A stretch of DNA of 64,000 bases from the IMG/VR virus record IMGVR_UViG_3300021399_000117, positions 1 to 64,000 of that record; one strand, 5' to 3'. A program made the position numbers and the translations under genes. Below, in pieces: positions 18,898-28,106 of this stretch. Positions within the stretch are counted from its first letter, which is position 1. Each line of letters starts with the position of its first letter. This stretch comes from a virus (Duplodnaviria; Caudoviricetes). A model generated the notes under the pieces. The model worked only from the letters and a program-made list of their open reading frames with translations. It was not told the origin of the DNA and made no database searches.

Positions 18898-19694
18898 GAA
18901 GTCTGGAACAGCACATAAAGGACATGATGGAAGTATGGGACTGCCAAGTTCACATATTCGGACGGGATGGGATAGGCACCTATCCCGTTACGGTTGGTAA
19001 ACACTCTCATTTCATCAGCATGGTAGATAATCCTCTCAAATACAAGGACGAGGATCTTTTGCCTTATTTCAAAGAGTACTTCAAAGACAACGGCAAGCAC
19101 GTTCTTCCTGGATATGTTGCTGTAGTAGGTAAAGACCTGGACGAGACTAAAAAGATACTCGAAACTTGGCCTGATAACTTCGCGTTCATCGGGGAGGTGC
19201 TGTGCCACAAGCACTACAAGGATAGCAAAGATGTCGAACACGAACATTTCGACACCAGTATCATCAATGGAATAGGTGACTACGGATTACCTATCTTTAT
19301 CCATTGGGATCTGAATGGCAAACACGACAAAGAACTGGAGCTCCTCCTGGATACCTTTAAGAACACTCAGTTCATTCTGTGTCATTGCGGCATCAATGAG
19401 TTGGATGATCCGTACAAGACATTCCTAAAGGCTAACTATTTGCAGGGTAAACATACCAACCTTTGGTTGGATATCTCTTGGAAGGCACTGGATTTTATCT
19501 GTGCAGACAAGAATAGGATTCCAATGATAGAGATTCCAGACCACGTTCTGGTAAGTACTGACTTCAATAACAGTATGGAGTACTTTGATGTTGATTTTGA
19601 AGAAACCTACGACAATTTCCGAAGGGTGGTAAACAAGTTCAACGTTGATAATGCTGTAAAGACATTACTTCAACACAATAAAAATGAGGATTGA
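18894..19694 (+). CDS. amidohydrolase-superfamily (TIM-barrel, Amidohydro_2/TatD-like) protein
   Basis: DCQVH, IGEV, PIFIH, ILCHCG, LDIS and STD motifs. Confidence 0.75.
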   Translation: MRSLEQHIKDMMEVWDCQVHIFGRDGIGTYPVTVGKHSHFISMVDNPLKYKDEDLLPYFKEYFKDNGKHVLPGYVAVVGKDLDETKKILETWPDNFAFIGEVLCHKHYKDSKDVEHEHFDTSIINGIGDYGLPIFIHWDLNGKHDKELELLLDTFKNTQFILCHCGINELDDPYKTFLKANYLQGKHTNLWLDISWKALDFICADKNRIPMIEIPDHVLVSTDFNNSMEYFDVDFEETYDNFRRVVNKFNVDNAVKTLLQHNKNED

Positions 19695-19708
19695 TTCCTC
19701 ATTTTTTT
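19680..19708 (+). terminator. intrinsic terminator
   Basis: AAAAATGAGGA-TTGAT-TCCTCATTTTTTT. Confidence 0.7.
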
Positions 19709-19717
19709 ATGGATATT

Positions 19718-19754
19718 CACTAAATATATCTATATTATTTCATATATATAAACA
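19718..19754 (+). promoter_or_regulatory. putative early/middle promoter
   Basis: CACTAAA...CATATATATAAACA. Confidence 0.6.
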
Positions 19755-19769
19755 ACAAAAGAAAATACT

Positions 19770-19928
19770 ATGGTAAAGTCAATAGAAATAGAAGCACTAA
19801 AGGCCGCGCGTCGTAACTCAAGAGAGGTGGAAATTCACCTTTATGGCAAACCTATCTGTTGGTCGAACATAGTACGTAATAGAAAGGTGTACAGCCGCAA
19901 ACACAAACACAAACAACAATATGAATGA
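19770..19928 (+). CDS. 52-aa basic protein with ArfA/BrfA-like C-terminal motif (not in ORF track)
   Basis: MVKSIEIEALKAARRNSREVEIHLYGKPICWSNIVRNRKVYSRKHKHKQQYE; first gene after the promoter. Confidence 0.65.
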   Translation: MVKSIEIEALKAARRNSREVEIHLYGKPICWSNIVRNRKVYSRKHKHKQQYE

Positions 19929-20127
19929 AAACAGTAAAGATATGGGAGGATTATTTCTCATTATTCTATTCGCAGTATTCACCGCATTAAAGATGACTGG
20001 AGTGGTATCTTGGTCCTGGTGGTGGGTGACATCCCCGCTTTGGATGCCATTCGCTATCTACGCTGGATGTGTAGTACTGCTTATTGCTTGGGCATTGTTT
20101 ATGATTCCATTTAGTTTCTTCTTCTAA
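19921..20127 (+). CDS. small membrane protein
   Basis: LKMTGVVSWSWWWVTSPLW motif, common in phage 2-TM proteins. Confidence 0.75.
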   Translation: MNENSKDMGGLFLIILFAVFTALKMTGVVSWSWWWVTSPLWMPFAIYAGCVVLLIAWALFMIPFSFFF

Positions 20128-20239
20128 AGAATCGGAAAACACTCTATATATTAAATAGAGAGTCGATTCCTCGTTAGACTATAAAGAACGAGGTGGTGGG
20201 AGATTTTTTATTAACAATCTTCAAAACAAACAAACATTT

Positions 20240-21718
20240 ATGAGTAAGATTTTTTCACAATCTGCAAACATCAACAAGGAGTATACTTGCTCAATCGTTA
20301 AGATCGGAGCTGTGACTCCAGTAGAGGGTTCAGATTTCCTTTCCAAGACTGAGATCCGTCCTAATACCCCAATCGTTGTAAGACGGGATGAGGTAAAGGA
20401 AGGTGACATCATGTTCTACGTGGATATGGAGTGTCAATTGAACGATCGCTTCCTGGCTGTGAACAACATGTACGAGGATGCAAAACTGAACGACAACTAC
20501 GAAGAGATTCAAGAAACCGCCGCTCAAATGCAAGCCAAAGGTGCAACGCCGGATCAGATTCAAGAGTACCTCAAAGCGAACAAAGGTTACTTTGGTAGCA
20601 ATGGACGTGTTCGTATGAAACGTATGCGTGGCCAGGAGTCACTAGGATTCTTGTTTGGTCAAGCAACTATGGCGAAGTTCTGTCCGGAGGTGGCTGGACT
20701 CGACTTGAGTACTATGGTCGGAGAGGAGTTCGATACGGTAGACGGCAAGCTGTTCGTACAAGCCTATGTCCCTGTCAAGAAAGCAGAGCGCACTAACGGG
20801 CTACACGAAGGTAAGCGCAATCGCAAAATCAAACGTTTCGATCGAATGATTCCTGGTCAGTTCTCTTTCCACTACGACACTGATCTGTTGGAGAAGAATT
20901 TGGATCGCATCCACCCAGAAGACGTTGTGACCTTGTCTGTCAAGTTGCACGGTACGTCAGCAATCTTTGGCAACGTTCGTGTCAATCGCAAGTTGAGTGT
21001 CTGGGAGAAGATCAAGAAGTTCTTCGGCGCCGATGTACCTCTTACCGAGTGGGGTAACATCTATTCCTCACGTTCCGTGATCAAGAATCAGTACATCAAT
21101 GAAGGTGTTACTGATGGATTCTATGGTACCGATCTGTGGGGTGTCTGGAACAGTCTCATCAGTAAGTACATTCCTAAGGGATGGACCATCTACGGAGAGA
21201 TTGTAGGATTTGTAGGACAAGGATCTTATATCCAAAAGGATTTCGATTACGGCTGTCGTAACGGTGAGTCCAAGTTGATGATCTATCGTATCTCTCAAGA
21301 AACTGAAGACGGCCATAAGGTTGAGTGGAACGTAACTGATGTTCACGACTGGACCGTGAAACTCATCCATGAATTGGAAGAGATTGGGGAGGACAAGCTC
21401 GCCGGAATGATCCACCCAATCGACATTGTGTACCACGGCACCCTTCGTGATTTGTATCCTGAGATCGCTGAAGACGAGAACTGGGCAGCGAACGTTGTTC
21501 GCGCACTGGCAAACGAGAAGAAGTTCTATATGGAGGAGGAAGAGCCTCTATGTCGGAACCACGTACCTCGTGAGGGTCTAGTGCTTCGTAAGGACAACGA
21601 TCCAGTTAAGGAAGCCTTCAAGTTGAAAACTATGAAGTTCCGTAACAAGGAGGCAAAAGCAATCGATAGTGGTGAGGCCGATATCGAGATGCAGGAGCGT
21701 TATGGTAATGAGGAATAA
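20240..21718 (+). CDS. ATP-dependent RNA ligase (DRB0094/Rnl2-like)
   Basis: N-terminal OB-like module; KLHGTS motif I, YGEIVG, REGLV, FKLK. Confidence 0.85.
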   Translation: MSKIFSQSANINKEYTCSIVKIGAVTPVEGSDFLSKTEIRPNTPIVVRRDEVKEGDIMFYVDMECQLNDRFLAVNNMYEDAKLNDNYEEIQETAAQMQAKGATPDQIQEYLKANKGYFGSNGRVRMKRMRGQESLGFLFGQATMAKFCPEVAGLDLSTMVGEEFDTVDGKLFVQAYVPVKKAERTNGLHEGKRNRKIKRFDRMIPGQFSFHYDTDLLEKNLDRIHPEDVVTLSVKLHGTSAIFGNVRVNRKLSVWEKIKKFFGADVPLTEWGNIYSSRSVIKNQYINEGVTDGFYGTDLWGVWNSLISKYIPKGWTIYGEIVGFVGQGSYIQKDFDYGCRNGESKLMIYRISQETEDGHKVEWNVTDVHDWTVKLIHELEEIGEDKLAGMIHPIDIVYHGTLRDLYPEIAEDENWAANVVRALANEKKFYMEEEEPLCRNHVPREGLVLRKDNDPVKEAFKLKTMKFRNKEAKAIDSGEADIEMQERYGNEE

Positions 21719-21736
21719 TCTCCTAACTAAACTGAA

Positions 21737-21919
21737 ATGAGTATGTGGTTTGTTTCCAAGAAAAAGTACGATGAAGCGTTAAAAGAAAACGCTAGACTCC
21801 GAAAAGAATTGGAGCATGCCAATACTCAGATTGGTGCTCTGACCACCCTTTGGCACGAAGAGATTCGTGATCACGAACAATTTTACAAAGAAACCATTAA
21901 ACAATTACAATCATGTTAA
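21737..21919 (+). CDS. small coiled-coil hypothetical protein
   Basis: 60-aa ORF. Confidence 0.55.
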   Translation: MSMWFVSKKKYDEALKENARLRKELEHANTQIGALTTLWHEEIRDHEQFYKETIKQLQSC

Positions 21920-22617
21920 GAATAGTAGCGATGAGTGATATGCACGGCGAGCTTCCAGTTGAGGTTCAGAAGTGCGATGTAGTAGTGATCGCTGGTGACA
22001 TCATGCCACTGGACATCCAACGAAACATCCCCGCTTCAGCCAAGTGGTTTAAAGAAGTCTTTATCAAGTGGGCTAACGGTTTGCCTTGTCATAAAGTGAT
22101 CCTGGTGGCCGGTAATCATGATTTCTGGATGGAGACTGAAAGATGGAGGGGGTTATATCCACATACACCTTGTATAACGTACAGTCTATTGAGTCCGAAT
22201 AAAGATAGCAAGATTATCTATTTGCGCGATTCAGGATACGAGTTCAACGGGTACAAGTTCTGGGGTTCTCCTTGGGTTGATGGACTACCATGTTGGGCCT
22301 TCAACACCGAAACGCAAGCTACGTACTTCAATAAGATTCCACAGGACACGGATATACTTATCACTCACGCGCCAGCTTACGGAGAGGTGGGTACCGTCCT
22401 ACAAAAGTGTTGGAACTATCGTAGCAACTACGGTAGCATTGCTCTCCGTAAAGTACTAGAAGAGGAAGGTTGTCAAATCAAACTGTCGTTTGCAGGACAT
22501 ATTCATTCAGGCCTCCATGCTGGTGAGAAGATCGGCAATACTATGTGTTACAATGTGTCTATCAAAGACGAGAACTACAAATACGTATACGAGCCATTCT
22601 ATATAGAACTCGAATAA
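21913..22617 (+). CDS. calcineurin-like metallophosphoesterase
   Basis: SDMHG, AGD, GNHD, THAP, GHIH. Confidence 0.9.
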   Translation: MLRIVAMSDMHGELPVEVQKCDVVVIAGDIMPLDIQRNIPASAKWFKEVFIKWANGLPCHKVILVAGNHDFWMETERWRGLYPHTPCITYSLLSPNKDSKIIYLRDSGYEFNGYKFWGSPWVDGLPCWAFNTETQATYFNKIPQDTDILITHAPAYGEVGTVLQKCWNYRSNYGSIALRKVLEEEGCQIKLSFAGHIHSGLHAGEKIGNTMCYNVSIKDENYKYVYEPFYIELE

Positions 22618-22631
22618 ACGCGTCATATCTG

Positions 22632-22704
22632 CGATATAACAAAAGATCTCCATTCAGGTGAATAACTCTAAACCCAAATGGAGATCTTTGTTTATATTCG
22701 AAAT
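22632..22704. repeat. dispersed AGATCT-core palindromic element, copy 2
   Basis: AAAGATCTCCATT/AATGGAGATCTTT arms; cores at 22644 and 22682. Confidence 0.85.
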
Positions 22705-25344
22705 TTATTCTCTAACTTCATCTGTCTGGATAAATGCACTTTTCAGCGTCACCTCATGAATAGTATTATCACCATCGGGTCTATCCACCAGTTTGTATCG
22801 GAATATCACATCGTAGTATCCGGTATCGAGGGGTTTTCTCTTATCGGTGTAGGCGACAATAGGCTCTTTAATAGATCCTAGATTTATGTCTTCCAGCCGA
22901 CTGGCATTACGAAATACCCATTCATACGATGAAATGCGTTCCAGAAAATTGATATCAGGCACCACGCATATAGTTTCATCACGTGCTATTTTGAAGTCGT
23001 CCAAAGTGCCAGACGATATTGGTTCCAAGTAATGGAATTGCGGAATGAACACCTGGTCATTTCGAATGATCACTGGTTGAGATTTGTCTGGGTTCAATTG
23101 GTTGATCAAAGTGATATATTCTGGACCCAAAACGAAATCATATGATTTGCTTACGAACACATAATAATTGACATCATCTATCAGATTTACACCGTCTTTA
23201 GCATCGATTCCGTTGTTCAGTGTAAACTGTTTTCTAGGAACCTCATAATAATTGTATCTCAGATAATCACAAATTTCGGATCCACCATGTTCGGACAAGT
23301 ACTGCATAAAATCCAGGGTTTGATCTCCAACCAACACGTGTCCTACTAATACCAATACATTACTCAAACGAGCACCATGTCCTTTAATGTACGAAGGGAC
23401 AAACTGAGTGTAGTATGCTTGAATATTTTCAGGATCAAACTTCTTGATGTCTATAAGTGTGTGTGTGAATATATGATTACCCGCTTCTCGTGTCCTTTCA
23501 TTCTGTATATTCGCGAACGTTTGTCCTTCAGGAATAGCTTTCAATTTATATACGGTAAGCCCTACTCGACGGGTATCAATCACTTCGAAGGCTACTTTCT
23601 TGATATAGATCTGGCTATTCGCTCCCACAAATTGAACGAGAATATCATACTTGTGATCTTTGGTAAATAACAAGTTGAACTTAACATGTATGTGTCCCGA
23701 GTCATCCGCTGCGAACACCTTGCCAAAAGACCTGGTGATCCATCTATCCTCATCTTCGTCCTTGATAGATATGATGGATTTATGAATGAAGTCTCCTTCG
23801 TCGGCTGTTATAACAAATTCGAAAGGAACAATCGCGCCAGGACCAGTATAATAATTGACCATGAAATTTTTGAGTGCATCTACATCGTCGCCGAAGGCAG
23901 TTGATTTCGGATTAACCTCATCCACTCCAAAGGTCTGATGTATGTCGTAATCGTATGTACCCGGACCAGTTTTCGTATCCGTCCATGGTGTATAGAACAC
24001 AGTCTCCTTGTTGACGTTAGCAGTCACGTCACCCAATAGGAAAGTCTGCCCGTTCCTGATATTACAATCAATATCGCCCAATGATTCAAAATGATCTGTA
24101 CGGGACATGTATCCTAAAGGAATAACCTTGATAGCATTGGTATATACCAAGTCTTCGATAGTAGAGTGTATAAGATCCAGATGGATAGACATGAAATATG
24201 TTTCGTAGAAGTTACCCAATAAAGCCATCTTGATAGACAGTTCTGTTCGGCTCCACATATAAGCTACATTCTCCAAAGCCGGTACTGGTTCGGCTAATAT
24301 ACGTTCTTGTGCACTGTAGTACTCTGAATAACGGCGCCAGTTGGCACCAGCCATATCTGTATGTTCATCTGGATGATCGGTAACGTATGCTGTGCCTACA
24401 CCTATTTGAGAGAGTGTATCTTTGTCAACGCTTTGTGTGGATACTTGATCTTGTGGTAAGCTTTTATCCAGCAAGGCATTGTATATCATATCGTATTTTG
24501 CATACTCTGGATACACCTCTTTGTCATACTGAATGCCTCCATCTCCGTCTTTACTACGGACTTCCTGTTGCATAGCCAGATAGATACCGATATAGGTCGT
24601 CTTGGCAAAATTGGTGAGCATGTGTTTAGCCCGGTTCGCCAGTATCTGTGTGAACTCCTGATCGTTGTAAATGATACGCTCCCATTCCTTGTGCTTCCAG
24701 AACTCTTTGATAGTGAGCAAGTCTCCGTACTCAAACCAATGGAGTGAGTTGATGAGCGATGAATAGGATCCTTTATTACCCAGTACATCGATATAGTCCA
24801 TCAACAATTCCTTGTACTTGCGATTGAGCAAGATATTGTCTTTGGCCTCTTCGTGTACGTTGGATGGATATATAGCACGTTGAACAGACTCAGGTAATTC
24901 TACACCAAAGTTTCCTAGGTTGATTTTAAGCTCTTCGCGTTCCTCATAGAAGTCTGCACCAACTATAAATGTCTCATCGTTGATAGTGAACTCTTGGCGT
25001 GCTTCAATAGCAGTATCACTAGACCCGACCACATATATCATGTATATATAGTATTTGTCGTACTGTACACCTTCGATATCTAGTTCGTTGCAGTACATAG
25101 TCGTCAGATCCTGATATTTGATCTGGTTCATTTCGACAACGTTTCGGTCACATATCCTGCTGACATCCAATAAACGAAATACTGGATTGCCCGGCATAGA
25201 TACGTGTAAGGACTCTGAATCGCTTAGTACGCAGAGTCTTTTAACGTATATCAAATCAATGCTTTGTTGGTCATCAAACCAGTGTACATAAGGGGCATCC
25301 CCATTGTACACTCGACCATTATCTATGTTGATAAATCTAATCAT
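22705..25344 (-). CDS. large virion structural protein (probable baseplate wedge component)
   Basis: 879 aa in an operon with gp25/gp6-like genes; GNKGSYSSLINSLHWF resembles wedge proteins. Confidence 0.5.
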   Translation of the reverse strand: MIRFINIDNGRVYNGDAPYVHWFDDQQSIDLIYVKRLCVLSDSESLHVSMPGNPVFRLLDVSRICDRNVVEMNQIKYQDLTTMYCNELDIEGVQYDKYYIYMIYVVGSSDTAIEARQEFTINDETFIVGADFYEEREELKINLGNFGVELPESVQRAIYPSNVHEEAKDNILLNRKYKELLMDYIDVLGNKGSYSSLINSLHWFEYGDLLTIKEFWKHKEWERIIYNDQEFTQILANRAKHMLTNFAKTTYIGIYLAMQQEVRSKDGDGGIQYDKEVYPEYAKYDMIYNALLDKSLPQDQVSTQSVDKDTLSQIGVGTAYVTDHPDEHTDMAGANWRRYSEYYSAQERILAEPVPALENVAYMWSRTELSIKMALLGNFYETYFMSIHLDLIHSTIEDLVYTNAIKVIPLGYMSRTDHFESLGDIDCNIRNGQTFLLGDVTANVNKETVFYTPWTDTKTGPGTYDYDIHQTFGVDEVNPKSTAFGDDVDALKNFMVNYYTGPGAIVPFEFVITADEGDFIHKSIISIKDEDEDRWITRSFGKVFAADDSGHIHVKFNLLFTKDHKYDILVQFVGANSQIYIKKVAFEVIDTRRVGLTVYKLKAIPEGQTFANIQNERTREAGNHIFTHTLIDIKKFDPENIQAYYTQFVPSYIKGHGARLSNVLVLVGHVLVGDQTLDFMQYLSEHGGSEICDYLRYNYYEVPRKQFTLNNGIDAKDGVNLIDDVNYYVFVSKSYDFVLGPEYITLINQLNPDKSQPVIIRNDQVFIPQFHYLEPISSGTLDDFKIARDETICVVPDINFLERISSYEWVFRNASRLEDINLGSIKEPIVAYTDKRKPLDTGYYDVIFRYKLVDRPDGDNTIHEVTLKSAFIQTDEVRE

Positions 25345-25354
25345 GTGATATATA

Positions 25355-26086
25355 TTAAATATCGAAATATACTATTGTACCATCAGCCCGCTCTCCGAGG
25401 TTATCTGAATGAAGGTCTCCGTAATCCGTGGCCTCATAACCAAGTTCATCAAGAGGTTCACGAATAGCACGCATAAAAGCAACAGCTTCTTGTTGTTTGC
25501 TGTTTAATTTGACTCCTTCTAACTTATTGTCTTGAATCAAGTGATAGAGAGTATCATCTCCAGCATCCTTATGAAGAGTATGAATGATATCCTGGCATTT
25601 CTTGGTTCGGATGGCTAGACGCTCCATCACCACATACCCTTTACCGATGCGATAAACACGTGGTAGTACATTGTACTTACCAGTCTTACATAGTTCGTAG
25701 AACTTCAGCAAGTGAGCAGGGATGTTTCCTCGTTTGAAGCATTTGATGACCTTGTCATTTACACCGTAGGCTATTCCGTCTTCGCCGATACCCAAAATTT
25801 TATCTATTTTCGAACTAGGTAATGAACATAGTTGGTTGTAAAGGAATCTCAGCATGGTTTCATCTACTTCCACGTTCATTTTGTTGAGATCTGCTATAAA
25901 ATTGGTAACAGTATCGTCCAGCGCTTGGATGAGTTTGTAATCGCGTTTAGCACCGAATCTTTTACGGAATGCTTTTGATACTCCTTTGCCAGATCCCACT
26001 TCATTCACATAATCACAGAACTCCTCAAAAGTTATTCCGAGGTTACCGATTGCATCTTCTAATATGTATTCGTATAAAGATATCAT
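25355..26086 (-). CDS. minimal protein-kinase-like enzyme
   Basis: LGIGEDGIAY Gly-loop, KVIK, VVMERL hinge, YGDLHSDN catalytic loop, terminal YFDI. Confidence 0.8.
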   Translation of the reverse strand: MISLYEYILEDAIGNLGITFEEFCDYVNEVGSGKGVSKAFRKRFGAKRDYKLIQALDDTVTNFIADLNKMNVEVDETMLRFLYNQLCSLPSSKIDKILGIGEDGIAYGVNDKVIKCFKRGNIPAHLLKFYELCKTGKYNVLPRVYRIGKGYVVMERLAIRTKKCQDIIHTLHKDAGDDTLYHLIQDNKLEGVKLNSKQQEAVAFMRAIREPLDELGYEATDYGDLHSDNLGERADGTIVYFDI

Positions 26087-27768
26087 TATTCAAAGGTTAT
26101 GATTAGTGGGTCAGTTACAGTAGTCAGTTCTTCACGATCTTTGGAGCTGATATACGACCATCCACCCATCAATACTGGGTACTGCTCATCACTCTCCAGG
26201 AAGATGTTTCCATGTTCGTCCAAACCTAGACCCGGATCCTCGCCTTCATATAGACGAACGGTTCGCTCTGTCTTTTTGTACGTACCAGTAGAAGGGTCGA
26301 AGGTAGATGTCCTCTCCGTGTAACGACCGGTTTTGATAGCTGTTTCATTAGCCTCGCTCAGGAAATACAAGTCCACACCATCCACTTCGTCGCAGTTATC
26401 TTTAATCAACTGGATGATATCAGATTTTGGTATGTATATGTCACTATTCAGATCAGAGAAAAATTCTCCAATCAGTTTACGAATCTTACCTGATACAAAA
26501 TCTTTGTCGTATGTGCTGCTTTTGAGTTTGAGATACAAATACAGTGCATACTTTTTGATTTCAGGATCGAATATGTTATAGGATACACCAGCCAACTGAC
26601 GACCGCTGTTTGTTATACAGTGCGCAATGGAGTCTTTTTGTGCTTGTGTGAGGTAGAAGTCACTCTCTTTTAGATTGAAGTAATCGGTACCATCCTTCAG
26701 TTGTGACTTGTAGTTTCTCATGATGAGCGAATTAACCACCAATGAGCCTGTTTCAGACCAGGTACGATTGTATCCACAGAATGAGAATCTATTGATGAAC
26801 GCTTTGTAGTTCTCAGGGCTGGCTAGTACCAGAGCGCGAGAAGTATAACCTGTCATCTGCTTAACTTGATCGATATCCTCACTGTATGTGCCACTAGTCA
26901 CACTATCGTTGGTAGCTAGTGATATATTAAACACAGCGTTACCGTCAATCTCTTTACCAGATATATCATGCAGTGGTTTAACGAACGCAAATCTGGTGTA
27001 TTCGGCAGTGTTTATATTACCGTACTCTCCGTCATGCTTGAGATAGGTTACTTCAATGGTGTCTCCATCCTTGAGTGAACGACCGTACACATCATTACCG
27101 AATCCTAGGATGATACCGGATATAATAGATGTCTTGTAGAACCACTGTTTGCCATCGGGCTCCATATCATACAGGCTAGATGCTCGCTCCCATTTTTCGT
27201 TATTCACTTTGACAGTGATGTAATCCTCGTCCACATCTCCACTGAAATCCACGTGTTGCAGATAAAGCTTACCTCCGGTAGATACGTACTTCTGAGTCTC
27301 GAACACACCCTCTACTATATACAAGTACTTGCTGGAGTTATCCTTGTCTACTGATAATACAATGGCGTCTTGTGGAAGGATGATCTGATATTCCAAGCCG
27401 TTCTGACCACATACTACGCTGGTATGGTTGTCCAATATCACGTTCAGATTCTGTTCGTTGGTGGGTATATAAGAAAGCTTGACCTGCATGCCTGCTGCCT
27501 TGCCTAAGGATGGATTGTAACCAGACAATTGTGCGAGTCCGTAGATAGACTTTTTACGGGTAGCGGTGAACTTATTCTGCTCAGTGAACGCATCCTCTAT
27601 ATACAAAAGGAGGTTTTGCACAGTAGTTTCCATGACCGTGATGATCTGACCAAACACCGTGCTGTTGTTATATTTCTGCCCAAAATTAGAAAATGTCTTG
27701 GATAGATAATTCTTCACTGCATGCGAATAAGACATGTAGCTCATCTCTATGGCGTCGAATATCTTCAT
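26086..27768 (-). CDS. baseplate wedge subunit (T4 gp6-like)
   Basis: TATRKKSIYGLAQLSGYNP, LGFGNDVYGR, RALVLASPENY. Confidence 0.85.
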   Translation of the reverse strand: MKIFDAIEMSYMSYSHAVKNYLSKTFSNFGQKYNNSTVFGQIITVMETTVQNLLLYIEDAFTEQNKFTATRKKSIYGLAQLSGYNPSLGKAAGMQVKLSYIPTNEQNLNVILDNHTSVVCGQNGLEYQIILPQDAIVLSVDKDNSSKYLYIVEGVFETQKYVSTGGKLYLQHVDFSGDVDEDYITVKVNNEKWERASSLYDMEPDGKQWFYKTSIISGIILGFGNDVYGRSLKDGDTIEVTYLKHDGEYGNINTAEYTRFAFVKPLHDISGKEIDGNAVFNISLATNDSVTSGTYSEDIDQVKQMTGYTSRALVLASPENYKAFINRFSFCGYNRTWSETGSLVVNSLIMRNYKSQLKDGTDYFNLKESDFYLTQAQKDSIAHCITNSGRQLAGVSYNIFDPEIKKYALYLYLKLKSSTYDKDFVSGKIRKLIGEFFSDLNSDIYIPKSDIIQLIKDNCDEVDGVDLYFLSEANETAIKTGRYTERTSTFDPSTGTYKKTERTVRLYEGEDPGLGLDEHGNIFLESDEQYPVLMGGWSYISSKDREELTTVTDPLIITFE

Positions 27769-28106
27769 TACTGTATCTTGTATGTTTTTTCATAATACTC
27801 CTCATTGCGTGATAGACCTATCTTGCAAAGGATAATATCGTTCTGAGTACCTTCCAAAATAGTCACTTCTACATGAGGTACAAATCCGAATAGGTTCATT
27901 TTTCCTAAATCACTCTCAATCTTATATGCTATCGCAGCGTTAGACGCTTGCATATTAAATAGGAACTGATCGTAGTCCGTGCCAAAATCTGGGTCTCCCA
28001 TCAGTTCGTGTTTCGCTGTGTCAAACAACAAATCTATCTGCTGAATGATCAAATCAGCCTCTTGATTGATTATAGGTGCACCTTCATTTAGATTGAAATC
28101 GACCAT
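27768..28106 (-). CDS. baseplate wedge subunit (T4 gp25-like)
   Basis: QQIDLLFDTAKHELMGDPDFGTD; directly upstream of the gp6-like gene. Confidence 0.8.
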   Translation of the reverse strand: MVDFNLNEGAPIINQEADLIIQQIDLLFDTAKHELMGDPDFGTDYDQFLFNMQASNAAIAYKIESDLGKMNLFGFVPHVEVTILEGTQNDIILCKIGLSRNEEYYEKTYKIQ

